Counted from the first letter of the stretch, positions 11,901 to 22,600 are shown. The stretch: 64,000 bases of DNA from an uncultured Gammaproteobacteria bacterium (GCA_965231015.1 OZ246408.1:19755-83754), one strand, 5' to 3'. Numbers and translations: made by a program. The notes: generated from the letters alone by a model not told the origin.

Positions 11901-14900
11901 CATCCCCTGAACCAGGGTTGCCGATCAAAACGGCATTGGCAGTGCTAGTGGCTTGGGTGTTTACCCGGAAAGCGATTTCGGCCAGGTCGGCCAAAACATC
12001 AAGTCGAGCCCCAGCGGCATTAGTTCCGATGGCAACACGATCATCTCCAGCGTCAACGTAAAACAAGTCGCCGATATTATCACCCTCAATACGCACATCA
12101 AAATCATCTCCGGCCTCATTATAAACTAAAGCATTATTTCCGGTGTCATATCCAATAATGTATTCGTCAGCTGTCGCTGTACCAATGTGAATTGATTCTG
12201 AACCAAGGAAAATATCGGCCCAACGCTGGTCAGCATCACCAAGAGTGTAGGTATCATCTGCGTTAGGGATCAAGTTAGAAATAAATTCTCCGTTGACATC
12301 AATGTCATCAGTGTCAGAGCTTCCGAGCGTAGCATTGTCATCAAACTGAACGTCGCCGTTGTCTACGTGCAAAGCAAGACCGGTTCCGTTGGTGTCGTTG
12401 ACGTAAAGTGCTCCGCCGGCCGCGTTAGTGGTGACTTCAAAAGTGTAATCGGCGGCGTTAGAACCTGTAAACTCGATGGCACTTGAATCAACCGTCACTT
12501 GTCGTCCAGCTCCGGCTCCGCCGTAGTCATAGGCTCCATCAAGAGTCACCCCGGAAGCAGTCACATCTGAAACCAAAGCAATTTCAGACCACGCACCACC
12601 AGTGCGTAACCACAGCTCGCCTTCCGATCCGGTATCAAGCAAATAAAGTGAACCATCATCAGCCGAAGCAATTGGTGGATCAGCTGCACCAACAAAAATA
12701 TCTGCCGTCTCTGCGGCTCCATTATTAGTTAAGCGAATCATTGGTTGATCAGTATTCTCGATTACTGCAGCAATACCAATTGTTGTAGTAGCGTCATCAG
12801 CTCTAAAGTAACCACCATAGCCAGTGGTCATAGCATCAGTTACTTCTCTAACATAACCGTAGACACCATAAGCGGTAGTTATTGCACCAGTTCCATAAGG
12901 ATAAACTTCACCATAAAGTCCGTAAGCGTTAGAAATTGTTCCATTACCCGCACTTGAACGTCCGAATGCTCCAGCAGTGTAATTAACAGTTTGAGCTCCA
13001 ACATCCATTAAAGCGTATCCGGCAGAACCGTAAATTCTTTCTTCTGCCGTGCCTGCCGTGCCTGTAAAATTGGCCTCACCACGAGTTCCTTGGAGTTCAG
13101 TATAATTATCATCAGTGTCTCCTGAAAAATTGGATACTCCGACTGTACCTTGAATATATGTAGCAGCAGTTAAAGTTTGTGTATCGTTGTGAGTACCGAT
13201 AATACTTCTCGATGTTCCCGAGGTAAGAGGTGTTGTTTTAGTTCCTTCAATAGCGTCCCCGGCACCAAGCATGGTTGAAAGTAAACCATCACCCGTCGAA
13301 CCAGTATTATCATTAGTTTGGTTGATATGAATCATGTGACCTGTGAAGAGATCGGCATCATCTACTCGATAAAGATAGATACCGTTTCCACCGGTCAAAT
13401 CTGCCAAGTTGGCAGTAAATGCGTTACCGTTGGTAACTGAATTGGCCGACAAAGTCATGACATCTCCGGTATCGGTTGAACTAATATGAAAGAATGAAAC
13501 CGGAGTGTTGGTTCCAATACCAACCTCATTATCGCCACCGTCCACGAAGAACATATTAGCGTTGCCGTCGGATTCGATGCGGAAATCAGCATCAATACCA
13601 GCCTCGTTAAAAGTTGCCGCTCCTCGAACATCCAGAGTAGCCAAAGGTGAGGCCGTTCCGATTCCAACCCTATCATTGGTCGCATCAATCGAAAGGGTGT
13701 TCGAGTCAAAATTTAATCCGTTCACTCCACCAGAAAGAGTCACAGCGGTGTCGTTAGCAAAAGTCCATGCCGCGGCATTTGAGGTCACGGTATCTCCTGA
13801 TGTGTTTCCAAGATAAACGTCTCCCAACACTTCAAGCTCATCATCGACTTTCAGATCCCCGGCCGCTCCGGAACCATAACTAAAAGCCGCATCTGCTCCA
13901 ACAATGATTGCTTCGGTGTTAGAAAAATATCCGTTGGTTCCATCAAGCCAAAGAGCATCCGAAGTAAGGGCAATGGTTCCGGATTGGTTCGGCAAACTAT
14001 AAGTTCGAGCTCCGTCCAGATTAACAGTTTGTAAAGCTCCAAAGTGGCTATCGCTGTCGTAGAAAGACAGTGAAGTGCTGTTCGTGTCGGTTCCGTCAAA
14101 ACAATCTCCGGTCAAGCAAGAACCCACACTCGTAATGTCACCGGTGGCGCCACCAGTAATGGCGGCATCAAGGTCGTCTAAGACGTCTTGAACGTTAGAG
14201 GCGCTTGAGTTATCAAATTCATCAAACACGCCGATTAAATAGGCACCGGAATCTGTTGCTGAAGTTGACTCACCAGCTGATGTGTCTGAATCTAGGAAAA
14301 GGTTAGTTGAGGTGTTAAGGGTAAGTGTCTCGGTTGCTCCAAGTAAAATGTCGTCCCCAGATGTCGCAGGAGACAGATCTGTACCGGACTGTTGCCAATA
14401 GTTTGTAGTACTAGATGACGAAACACAAACCACCCCTAAACTGTCTCTAAAACAAAGACTGTCTGGGTTGTCAGATGAAGCTCCGGTTTCATACCAAAAA
14501 TCACCCTCAGTTAGACTACTTGGCTCAGCCGAGATTCCGAGCAAGGCTAAATGCGGTTCGGCCGTATTAGCCTGGTTAATCTCAATCCCCGGCATAGCGT
14601 CGCCACTCGGGTTCACAATATCAATCTTGGCTCCAGGTGTGGCCGTTCCGATACCCATCTCGCCATACTCACCATCAATTCCCTCGACCGGAAAAACCAG
14701 AAAGGCATTGGCTTGGCTAATATCGATATCTGAAGAACTACTTGAATCATAACCAAAGGCAAAAGTTTGATCCGCAGATGAATCAAGATTTAACGATCGT
14801 CCAGCAACCCAGCTATTTCTTCCAACCACAGTGTTATAACTACCTCCAGCCACAGTACTGAACTCAGCACTTACCGTATTATTATAACCACCAACAATAG

Positions 14901-17900
14901 TGGCAAAATTACTACCTGTGGTGTCAATTGTATTATCTTCACCTCCACCAATAGCAGAAGATATACCAGCCGAAATGGTATTATCAGCTCCTCCAACAAT
15001 TACACCGTTACGACCAGCCCATCCACCAGTGCCCGTGATATTGTTATTATTACCACCACCAATTGTAGAATACTGACCACCTGGTTGGAATGCACCACCC
15101 TGCGCATCAATCAGGTTATCATCACCACCACCAATTGTAGCCCATCGCGAAGCAGAAGTAACAGAACTTCCAGCATCGATGATATTATTGTCACCTCCAC
15201 CAATAGTGCCATGCATTTCATTGGCTTGGTTAGTGTCACCACCAGCTACTGTAGTGTACTGGTCTTGCGCATAGTTTCCATAACCACCACCCACACTGGC
15301 ATAATCTTCAGTTGCACGGTTATAGGCACCACCACTGATAGTTAAATAGTCTGTTGCGGTAGCAGCAGTTCCAATAGTTGAATTCCAACCTAAATTAATA
15401 TAAGTGTTTGGGTTTGTTCCATTAATAGTGGATCCGGAAGGATCGATCATTAAACCTCGGTTTGGCTCATTGGCTGGATATAAATAATCACTTCCTCCAT
15501 CCTCGGTCCAATAGCCAGTGGTAATATCTGAAACCAAAGCAATTTCAGACCACGCACCACCAGTGCGTAACCACAGCTCGCCTTCCGATCCGGTATCAAG
15601 CAAATAAAGTGAACCATCATCAGCCGAAGCAATTGGTGGATCAGCTGCACCAACAAAAATATCTGCCGTCTCTGCGGCTCCATTATTAGTTAAGCGAATC
15701 ATTGGTTGATCAGTATTCTCGATTACTGCAGCAATACCAATTGTTGTAGTAGCGTCATCAGCTCTAAAGTAACCACCATAGCCAGTGGTCATAGCATCAG
15801 TTACTTCTCTAACATAACCGTAGACACCATAAGCGGTAGTTATTGCACCAGTTCCATAAGGATAAACTTCACCATAAAGTCCGTAAGCGTTAGAAATTGT
15901 TCCATTACCCGCACTTGAACGTCCGAATGCTCCAGCAGTGTAATTAACAGTTTGAGCTCCAACATCCATTAAAGCGTATCCGGCAGAACCGTAAATTCTT
16001 TCTTCTGCCGTGCCTGCCGTGCCTGTAAAATTGGCCTCACCACGAGTTCCTTGGAGTTCAGTATAATTATCATCAGTGTCTCCTGAAAAATTGGATACTC
16101 CGACTGTACCTTGAATATATGTAGCAGCAGTTAAAGTTTGTGTATCGTTGTGAGTACCGATAATACTTCTCGATGTTCCCGAGGTAAGAGGTGTTGTTTT
16201 AGTTCCTTCAATAGCGTCCCCGGCACCAAGCATGGTTGAAAGTAAACCATCACCCGTCGAACCAGTATTATCATTAGTTTGGTTGATATGAATCATGTGA
16301 CCTGTGAAGAGATCGGCATCATCTACTCGATAAAGATAGATACCGTTTCCACCGGTCAAATCTGCCAAGTTGGCAGTAAATGCGTTACCGTTGGTAACTG
16401 AATTGGCCGACAAAGTCATGACATCTCCGGTATCGGTTGAACTAATATGAAAGAATGAAACCGGAGTGTTGGTTCCAATACCAACCTCATTATCGCCACC
16501 GTCCACGAAGAACATATTAGCGTTGCCGTCGGATTCGATGCGGAAATCAGCATCAATACCAGCCTCGTTAAAAGTTGCCGCTCCTCGAACATCCAGAGTA
16601 GCCAAAGGTGAGGCCGTTCCGATTCCAACCCTATCATTGGTCGCATCAATCGAAAGGGTGTTCGAGTCAAAATTTAATCCGTTCACTCCACCAGAAAGAG
16701 TCACAGCGGTGTCGTTAGCAAAAGTCCATGCCGCGGCATTTGAGGTCACGGTATCTCCTGATGTGTTTCCAAGATAAACGTCTCCCAACACTTCAAGCTC
16801 ATCATCGACTTTCAGATCCCCGGCCGCTCCGGAACCATAACTAAAAGCCGCATCTGCTCCAACAATGATTGCTTCGGTGTTAGAAAAATATCCGTTGGTT
16901 CCATCAGTCCAGAGACTAGATCCAATGTCAGAAAGAAATGCAACTGTTCCGGTCCCATCTTGGAAAGTAATGCTATTATCTGATCCGACTGGGTCAGGCA
17001 TGACAAAAATAGTTTCCCACCCATCATCAGTGGCTCCGTCAAAATAAAGCGCGCTGGCTCCTTGAATCGCTCCGGTCACGGTCAGCGCATCGGTCAGGGC
17101 GTCACCCAAATTTACATCATCGTCAAACTGAACGTCGCCGTTGTCTACGTGCAAAGCAAGACCGGTTCCGTTGGTGTCGTTGACGTAAAGTGCTCCGCCG
17201 GCCGCGTTAGTGGTGACTTCAAAAGTGTAATCGGCGGCGTTAGAACCTGTAAACTCGATGGCACTTGAATCAACCGTCACTTGTCGTCCAGCTCCGGCTC
17301 CACCCTGGTCGTAGGCCAAATCCAAAGTATTCCCGGCTCCGGCCACTCCAAGCTGACTCCAGGTGTTAGCGTCATCCGTATTGATATAAATGCGGCCATT
17401 GGTGTAGTCAAGCGCAATAGATCCGCGTGGAGCGGTCAAAGCTCCGTTTGGCGAACCGCCGTAATTGAATATGATGGTTTCATCCGTACCGTCGTTCATA
17501 CTAATAAAGCCACCGTTGTTAGACACCCCGCTCCGAGTCAAATTAATCATGTCTCCACTGGTCAAGGAGGTGGCACTAATCTCTATAACATTGCCTGTGG
17601 TGGTCGAGTTGGAACTAATGGATAGTGAATCTGATGTCACAGCGGTTGTGTCGAGCGACAAAGCTGACCCTTCACCATTTTGATCAATCAAAAGACCGAC
17701 AGACGCGGCACCTTGTTCGACTTCCAATTTTGCTCCCGGGGTGGCTGTCCCAACTCCCACTTGGTCATTGTCAGACTCAACCACCAACACACTACCGTCC
17801 ACTGTAAAATCGTCACCGGCATTGCCGCCGTTTAGGATAACGTCCACGGAGCCGGCTGCGGCAGACACATCGATATCGAACCCGGATGTGGCCGCGGAAG

Positions 17901-19614
17901 TGTAAAGCGAACCATCATCGTAATAAGTAGTGGCACCCCCGGCGGCAAAGCGGCCGTCAGCGGCCACATTTCCGTTTTGGTCAATGTAAAACTCACGATC
18001 AGGTACACCATCGGCATCAGAATAAAGTTCCATGAAATAAAAGTTGCCGGTGTCCTCCTCATTCGTACTCATGTTTAAAATTGTATTGGAAAAGCCGGTG
18101 TTGGAAGCCAGAACAGTAACTAGGTCAAAATCAGTGCTTTGACTAATTTCCAAAGTTTCGTCTGCGGCATTAGAACCGGCAAACTGCAAAGCACCCGCAT
18201 CTACCGTGATCGAACGCCCGACTCCGGCTCCACCCTGGTCGTAGGCCGCATCAAGTGTGTTGGCACCGCCTCCCGCAATCGCAGAGTCCAAGTCATCAAG
18301 CACATCCTGAACATTGGTTGAATTCGAATTAGTAAACTCATCAAATACACCAATGAGATATGCACCTGAATCCGTAGCAGCTGTAGATTCGCCAGCTGTG
18401 GTGTCCGCGTCAAGATATAAACTAGTAGAAGCAATTAGATATAAATTACCGTCAGTCTCAATATTCCCCTCCACATACAAATCTTCCCCGTCTAATGCCA
18501 CGGTCGGAGCCGCATCTCCAATTTTAACGTTGCCGGTTTGAATGAAAAGGTCATCACCGGCTGCGTTTAAAGTAAAAGTAAAGTCGCCGCCGGAATCGGT
18601 TATGAGCCCGTCACCGTACTCGGAAGAAGCCCCAGCAATGAATCGGCCGTCAGTATAAACATTTCCTTCCACACCGGCCATACCAGCCACAAACAAGTCA
18701 TCACCTCCCAAAGCAAAGCCCCCGTTTGCCATGGTGGATGTATCCGAGGTTGAAGCTCCAACCACTAAATCGTTTGCAATATAGGCGTCAGACAACACTT
18801 CAATCTCATCTGCCACTCGAAGGTCGCCCACTCCGCCCGAGGCATACACAAACGCTGCATCAACTCCCACAATCACTGCTTCATCATCTTCAAACACACC
18901 GTTGGCTCCATCTTCCCAAAGACCACCAGTAATGTCCGAGAGAAATGCCACGGTGCCAGTGCCGTCTTGAAAGGTGATAGTGTTGGCACCGGTTGGATCA
19001 ATAAATTGGAAAGATGTAGTTACCCCATCGTTTGATGGTCCCTCAAAAACCAATGGAGTAGCACTGATAAATTCAGCACCAGAAAAATCAAAATCACCAG
19101 TGGCAACATCCCCGGTGTTCAGCATAAAACTACCCGAATCAATTCCATCGAGTGTTTGAGCGTTCAAAGCGTAAGGTGTGGCTACGACTCGTTTGCGCGG
19201 AGTCAGGGTCTCGCCTTCCACTTCGACCTCAAGATACACTTCATCGTTATCTGCAAAGACAGTATCGTTAACGGCTGCGTATCCATCCCCTGTATCACCC
19301 AGATTTTCTGAAAATAGCCCGTCGGTTAAAGTAATATTAATGTCAGCGTTAGTAGCACAACCGGAGTCATCATTTGACCAAAGACAAGAACCTCCTACAG
19401 CCGCATCATAAAACCTAAACTGCATGTCCGCGTTAGCGGCCGCCAGTGGAACCCCGTTTGAATCCAATAATCGACCCTGATAAGAAATGATGTTATCCGG
19501 ATCGACTGCACCTGCACGCTGAACCATAGGCACGAAAACGAGTGCCAGTAGGACGAACACAGCTAAATAGCCGGTCAGCTTTTTAAGATTTTTGAGTTGG
19601 GTTTCCCCCTTCAT
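5935..19614 (-). CDS. Giant (4559 aa) secreted tail-fibre-like adhesin with two C-terminal intramolecular-chaperone/autocleavage-like domains
   Basis: Signal peptide; ISYQGRL...PYALNA N-terminal module; repeated VGIGT..P...LDV motifs; GGxxN repeat block; two D-x-AE...GVVST.P...ALxGRVPV.VS.ENG.I..GD.LTTSSTPGYAMKA domains; acidic tail. Confidence 0.8.
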   Translation of the reverse strand: MKGETQLKNLKKLTGYLAVFVLLALVFVPMVQRAGAVDPDNIISYQGRLLDSNGVPLAAANADMQFRFYDAAVGGSCLWSNDDSGCATNADINITLTDGLFSENLGDTGDGYAAVNDTVFADNDEVYLEVEVEGETLTPRKRVVATPYALNAQTLDGIDSGSFMLNTGDVATGDFDFSGAEFISATPLVFEGPSNDGVTTSFQFIDPTGANTITFQDGTGTVAFLSDITGGLWEDGANGVFEDDEAVIVGVDAAFVYASGGVGDLRVADEIEVLSDAYIANDLVVGASTSDTSTMANGGFALGGDDLFVAGMAGVEGNVYTDGRFIAGASSEYGDGLITDSGGDFTFTLNAAGDDLFIQTGNVKIGDAAPTVALDGEDLYVEGNIETDGNLYLIASTSLYLDADTTAGESTAATDSGAYLIGVFDEFTNSNSTNVQDVLDDLDSAIAGGGANTLDAAYDQGGAGVGRSITVDAGALQFAGSNAADETLEISQSTDFDLVTVLASNTGFSNTILNMSTNEEDTGNFYFMELYSDADGVPDREFYIDQNGNVAADGRFAAGGATTYYDDGSLYTSAATSGFDIDVSAAAGSVDVILNGGNAGDDFTVDGSVLVVESDNDQVGVGTATPGAKLEVEQGAASVGLLIDQNGEGSALSLDTTAVTSDSLSISSNSTTTGNVIEISATSLTSGDMINLTRSGVSNNGGFISMNDGTDETIIFNYGGSPNGALTAPRGSIALDYTNGRIYINTDDANTWSQLGVAGAGNTLDLAYDQGGAGAGRQVTVDSSAIEFTGSNAADYTFEVTTNAAGGALYVNDTNGTGLALHVDNGDVQFDDDVNLGDALTDALTVTGAIQGASALYFDGATDDGWETIFVMPDPVGSDNSITFQDGTGTVAFLSDIGSSLWTDGTNGYFSNTEAIIVGADAAFSYGSGAAGDLKVDDELEVLGDVYLGNTSGDTVTSNAAAWTFANDTAVTLSGGVNGLNFDSNTLSIDATNDRVGIGTASPLATLDVRGAATFNEAGIDADFRIESDGNANMFFVDGGDNEVGIGTNTPVSFFHISSTDTGDVMTLSANSVTNGNAFTANLADLTGGNGIYLYRVDDADLFTGHMIHINQTNDNTGSTGDGLLSTMLGAGDAIEGTKTTPLTSGTSRSIIGTHNDTQTLTAATYIQGTVGVSNFSGDTDDNYTELQGTRGEANFTGTAGTAEERIYGSAGYALMDVGAQTVNYTAGAFGRSSAGNGTISNAYGLYGEVYPYGTGAITTAYGVYGYVREVTDAMTTGYGGYFRADDATTTIGIAAVIENTDQPMIRLTNNGAAETADIFVGAADPPIASADDGSLYLLDTGSEGELWLRTGGAWSEIALVSDITTGYWTEDGGSDYLYPANEPNRGLMIDPSGSTINGTNPNTYINLGWNSTIGTAATATDYLTISGGAYNRATEDYASVGGGYGNYAQDQYTTVAGGDTNQANEMHGTIGGGDNNIIDAGSSVTSASRWATIGGGDDNLIDAQGGAFQPGGQYSTIGGGNNNNITGTGGWAGRNGVIVGGADNTISAGISSAIGGGEDNTIDTTGSNFATIVGGYNNTVSAEFSTVAGGSYNTVVGRNSWVAGRSLNLDSSADQTFAFGYDSSSSSDIDISQANAFLVFPVEGIDGEYGEMGIGTATPGAKIDIVNPSGDAMPGIEINQANTAEPHLALLGISAEPSSLTEGDFWYETGASSDNPDSLCFRDSLGVVCVSSSSTTNYWQQSGTDLSPATSGDDILLGATETLTLNTSTNLFLDSDTSAGESTSATDSGAYLIGVFDEFDNSSASNVQDVLDDLDAAITGGATGDITSVGSCLTGDCFDGTDTNSTSLSFYDSDSHFGALQTVNLDGARTYSLPNQSGTIALTSDALWLDGTNGYFSNTEAIIVGADAAFSYGSGAAGDLKVDDELEVLGDVYLGNTSGDTVTSNAAAWTFANDTAVTLSGGVNGLNFDSNTLSIDATNDRVGIGTASPLATLDVRGAATFNEAGIDADFRIESDGNANMFFVDGGDNEVGIGTNTPVSFFHISSTDTGDVMTLSANSVTNGNAFTANLADLTGGNGIYLYRVDDADLFTGHMIHINQTNDNTGSTGDGLLSTMLGAGDAIEGTKTTPLTSGTSRSIIGTHNDTQTLTAATYIQGTVGVSNFSGDTDDNYTELQGTRGEANFTGTAGTAEERIYGSAGYALMDVGAQTVNYTAGAFGRSSAGNGTISNAYGLYGEVYPYGTGAITTAYGVYGYVREVTDAMTTGYGGYFRADDATTTIGIAAVIENTDQPMIRLTNNGAAETADIFVGAADPPIASADDGSLYLLDTGSEGELWLRTGGAWSEIALVSDVTASGVTLDGAYDYGGAGAGRQVTVDSSAIEFTGSNAADYTFEVTTNAAGGALYVNDTNGTGLALHVDNGDVQFDDNATLGSSDTDDIDVNGEFISNLIPNADDTYTLGDADQRWADIFLGSESIHIGTATADEYIIGYDTGNNALVYNEAGDDFDVRIEGDNIGDLFYVDAGDDRVAIGTNAAGARLDVLADLAEIAFRVNTQATSTANAVLIGNPGSGDAVLINNTGSGEGIDLDMTDPNNDADGITVTHASNGTGDGITVSLTDNSNNGSGVAITHAGPGDALSITKNIAGNGIDLDMAANSPVDAFGISVDVTNAGAGSAMAADFQGSNVQIWDGAASVDFATGEGDLYVEDDLEVDGAIYGTLNPGLTDGSIVFINSGLSEDNANFFYNNATKEFYLGGTSAANADINLAGTGAAIFNEGGGSVDFRVESNNETNMLFVDGSADMVGIGASSPSAILDVANDPSGGATAIVMQEIDLDILNSNQTANTTGLDINFADGVNSSTATNTGLNIDLSNISGGTDYGMTVAANDYAAVFTIGNVGIGDTTPDADLDILSNAAGESLLNLEALASVNQDVIHLENSGSGTGFRLSNQSSSNAYGIYLSQAANQHSILVQSDSTTQSILDGNSKNSSGSLILLTNEPDAAGSGAHGLNVNFVDTNNQSGNPIFITPSANATVGQIHLGTGQNSASAANESEIWYDDNDDQFCFDNGTEFCIDDTVASGTGSTGQVTFWTASGLSGENNFFWDASNDELGIGTNAPDYDLEVAGDAGFIDTTNENVVTVHGDNAAFSNTLLTLQTDEEDTGSFYFIEAIEDFDNTGDVKFSVDQDGTIVSGSTITINGSSNFIESSGNMQLRPNGETDDYVEFSSTGSHLELVTVGGGDLRLDPGSDTVRNYGMFGIYDPASEVDHVAISHDGTNALVTYINTGAMIFNDNASAVDFQIKSTANDNMFFVDAVDDRVGVGTNNPSTELEVAGDIGVDERLEHNLDTNTYLSFTNNQIDFFAGAVSMLSLDEGTQDIVVVNNTGADVDFQVQATGAANALFVRGSDGNVGLGTSAPGQILDVAGNVELDEYLYFNNAGTESLRWNNGASQFELSDDVNLSGHLAAGTAGAISTNTVVDVSETLNADSDFTGLDLDATLTGAQTAARTLYGTSSTLDFTGTTASTIDMSAIQAVADYSSASDSAALSYLRAIKAEATLSNTGNVDYIYGLEIDTDLSAAGSVANVYGINADIANTAGTISSGAYGAYLRLSDTGAGTNQGLSTFVNVASATNYGNRNVVSGTGSTNYGVHSSVGGSNATNNYAVYATATGSGTTPNYGVYTTASGGANNYAIYSEDGNVQIHDGGGGTANVATGDGDLYVQGQLELDLDNAGASDGVTITGTDVTTGDVMDIGTNSLTSGSGIKVTRVDSGSSNYTAGSSNALLYLAQLDDEVGSVGEVVRIKNSGGGSGGGDATALHIYQDFVDNPGVNSMGQQALVIDVGQSGSAEDVIKVRNDAAAETILRFTNQGKMMFAGTLHAGQVSNTYAYHTISSGAVTKTLAAVAGSDDLFIAGDVELGSSILCIDDDGTDPDTCADIGAPAVGNAYADGSFNSAAFDVAERMPSTDATLSAGEVVVLDSANAEHVLRSSGLTYEPGLVGVVSTDPAFVMGWDTSPPIALSGRVPVRVSDENGLIEIGDYLTTSSTPGYAMKATEAGMVLGRAMQIADPGNDIIVAFVDVEYYTGAVLGTDGTDTVITDNLVIDNASLTVRGSGGTSAAVITAEGDVQLAGRLYPSDRGDLQTDKYIYYDGSEGWGGDMMRTNASGWSTGSYDFAEMFPSDEVLEAGDVVVFDTSDEKVRRSSESYDGLVAGIVSTKPGFLAGDSIEGDYPVALAGRVPVKVSLENGPIAVGDPLTTSSTPGYAMKATEAGPIVGNALENYNGDGGDSIIAFVNVGYWGGGVSDTTPGTENIASGFGGIGSNVGSLTLGGSLYMQANDIINVNKIAGLGDWEVSPEGDFKTKGSFMAVIETYQGEEVEVQAELSLEATVTMSGTAQLSSGQVTIEFEEIDPHFNDIISTIAPVRVMAMPIGEPVQLYVNEQNNDGFTIMADSSSDTEFNWFVTAYRKDMEPEKYLNPETEEIIEPEEESIEEETTEEESEEDTEVDAGINDIDPIAEEPADDGETVEDPDQSGGVDEIDQVAPNAGDETNSSDNTSDPLSETLE
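12341..12519. repeat. 179-bp direct repeat, copy 1 (copy 2 at 17123-17301)
   Basis: Sequences appear identical by eye at offset 4782, inside the giant gene. Confidence 0.85.
12565..13945. repeat. 1381-bp direct repeat, copy 1 (copy 2 at 15526-16906)
   Basis: Apparently identical at offset 2961; the spurious ORFs 12745/15706, 13455/16416 and 13505/16466 are identical in the ORF track. Confidence 0.92.
15526..16906. repeat. 1381-bp direct repeat, copy 2
   Basis: Matches 12565-13945. Confidence 0.92.
17123..17301. repeat. 179-bp direct repeat, copy 2
   Basis: Matches 12341-12519. Confidence 0.85.
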
Positions 19615-22600
19615 ATTGTTTTGTTTCTTTCTTTGGCAAATTTTCTACTTTGCTAGATTGGTTTTGTCCATTTTGCTTATCAAGATAAACGTCAATAGCC
19701 ACGTCAGTTGGTTCTTTTTTGTCTTTGTAATCAATTGGTCGATATTCGGTTGGTTGGTAACCTTTTCGCTCGTAGCGAGTGAAATATTCGTTTGGTCCTA
19801 CCAGGAATGAATAGCGTCCTTTGCTATCAGTGAGAGTGGTTTCAAGCAGTTTATTGTATTTTGGCTCAAAGATTCGCACCACTACGTTGGCTAACGGTTG
19901 GCTAGTTCGTTTGTCATACACAATTCCCCAGCCTTTTGGTTTTCGCACCCGGGTCAAGCGCTTGATCAGGAAGTAAAGCAGAACCTGGGCAACAGCCACA
20001 GTTATTGTGAGCACGGTCGGCATAATGATGGCTACAACAATCGCGAGCACTACTCCGAACACGGCTAATATATTCTGTATCCGACGAGCCCAGCGCATGA
20101 ACTTGATTCTGGCCGGCGTTTTGACCCCTTCGGTCTTGACCGGATCCATTGGAATATTTGCGGCTATGGTTGCATCTTTCTCGCTCACCCTGACAATCTC
20201 GCCATGATACACGTCAAGATACACTCCATCATCAGTCACCCGAGCCAAATACTCACTTGGAAACTTGTAACCAGGTTTAGTGACCTCGATTCTGTATTCA
20301 CCCCGATCAGCCAAGAAAAAGTAACGACCCTCTCTATCAGTCACCCGTGACTGTAATAACTGCCCTTTTTCATCTTCCTTTGAAGACAGTTTGAATAGAC
20401 GAACAATCGCCAGACCAATTGGGATCTTGGTCATGGAGTTATAGACCACACCCCAACCCTTCCGTTTACGACGCCAGAAGAATAGAATCGGTGCGCTCAA
20501 CAGGTACTGCAAAAACGGTAGCAGGTTGAAAAAGAGAGCCAACCAGATCAAATTTCCAAGCGCCAAGAAAAGCAGCAACGGAATTGTAATCTCTAAGGCA
20601 TCCATGACGCTTGGTACCTCCCGCACCTCCTCTAGCGCAAAGACCACGTTGTCAAGAATGATACTAAGAGCCTGTTCTGGCGTCTCAAGCACCTCCTCAA
20701 GTGGTGGTGGAAGCGGGGTTAGTTCGATTGTCGGATTAATGATGTTGTCCTCGACATAAAAGTCGGGTGTGACCGCATCATCGTATCCCGCGGCTTCAGC
20801 TACAATATAGTAGTCGCCAATCGGGACGTACCAAGCAAAGGATCCGTCAGCCGGTGTAGTCACGGGGTTCAGTTCACCATAAAGTGACCCGTCCCAGACT
20901 ATGAATTCACCGGTATCATTGGAAAAGAGCGTAACGCGCGAGTTGCCTACGCGCTTAGTTCCACTTTCAGTGGTGGTGAAAGTGTATCCAAACGCGTCAA
21001 CTTGCGCCGTGAAAGGAATATTTTGAGCATATCCGCCCTCGTAATAAACCGTAACTTCTAATGGATAAGCATCCGCTACAGTTGGGGTGATCACGTCAGC
21101 GTAATATGCGTCGTCGGTTAAGGCGGCAATGTAAATGTCACCGGTAGCGTAATCATTAACGTAAGGCGGATTCATTAAAAAGAGGGAATCGCCAAAACTT
21201 AACTCCACGTGGTCAACCGGCCAAGAAATGTTGCGAGTCAACAACTGCACCCGAAGTTCTGTGCCGACAAGCATACGCACAACTCCGTCGCGAGGTATTA
21301 ACTCAATTTTATTCTTGGCTACATAAAACTCTACGTCCGCGGCCGGGATTTCTCCGGGGCCACCATCATCAATCGGACACTCGCCACAATCTCCTGGACA
21401 AGTGGTGCACGTTTCATCTCCGTTACAGGAACCATCTCCACACACTGGCTCTGCTTCACTTGGGCATTCGCCACAGTCACCAGGACATGTTTCACAGGTT
21501 TCATCACCAGAACAAACTCCATCTCCACAGACCGGAACTTCGGGACAAACTCCACAATCGTCCGGGCAGGTTGCACAGGTTTCATCTCCTTCACAGATTG
21601 CATCTCCACACACCGGCTCAGGAGCAAATGGCGTACCAGATCCCAAAGCGCCTGATGAGAACTGACCCGCAAGGTCATAAGCGAACACGGCGTAGTAGTA
21701 GGTCACACCGTTAGTTAGACCCGAGTGTAGATACTCTGTTCCCAGCTGATTGTAAATCAAGGTTCCATCAGCCGGGTCTGTAGGGTAACCGTCTGTGCGG
21801 TAAACGATCCAAATACCATCTAAATCTGCGTCAGCTGGATTTATCCATTCCAAATAATTCTGACTGTCCCCGGGCGTGACCGTAAGGATCACGTTACCAG
21901 GTGGTGGATCATAAAGCGTTGTGAAAGTGTAATCTCCATCAGTGGAAGAATTACCGAACTGATCAGCCGAAGTCACTTGAAAGTGATACAGCGTGTTTTC
22001 ACTAAGTCCGGTAAGAAGAACCGAATGTTCAGTGACATAAGCACTGTCTGATTCATCGGATCCGTAAGTAACGTCCAAGCCATAATCAACTAAACTATCA
22101 GCTGGTTCATCAGTGTCCCAAAGAACACGAGCTGATGTTTCAGTTATATCTTCAACTCTGACGTTTGAAATGATCGGCGGGGTTAGGTCATTTGTGGTAA
22201 AGGTGTAGTCCCCCACTGTAGTTCGGTTCAAGCAAAAGTCTGCTGAACTAACCTCAAAGTGATACACCGTTCCCGCGCTAAGACCGGTCAGATCAATACT
22301 GTGTTCAGTGATCAGTGAATTATCTGTCTCACTACCGATTTCATAAGAATCGGTTTCACCGTAATTGACCAAGCTATCAGCGGTCTCATCAGTTTCCCAG
22401 GTAATTGTGGCTTCGTTCTCCGTGATATTGATGACGGAAACATTGGAGATGTTTGGCGGTATTGAATCACCACATCCTGTATTTGGACCTCCGTTGCCAC
22501 CGTCTCCAACAGATAGAGTAACGTCCACATCCCCGGGACTACTAATTGGCACCCAGGCTGAACCCCAATCAGCAAAAGTGCCCCCACTGATATAGATTTG

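Noticed and set aside
5935-19614. Prophage tail gene or DGR target
   Set aside because: Has a signal peptide and no phage genes nearby; repeats are identical rather than differing at adenines, and no reverse transcriptase is present.
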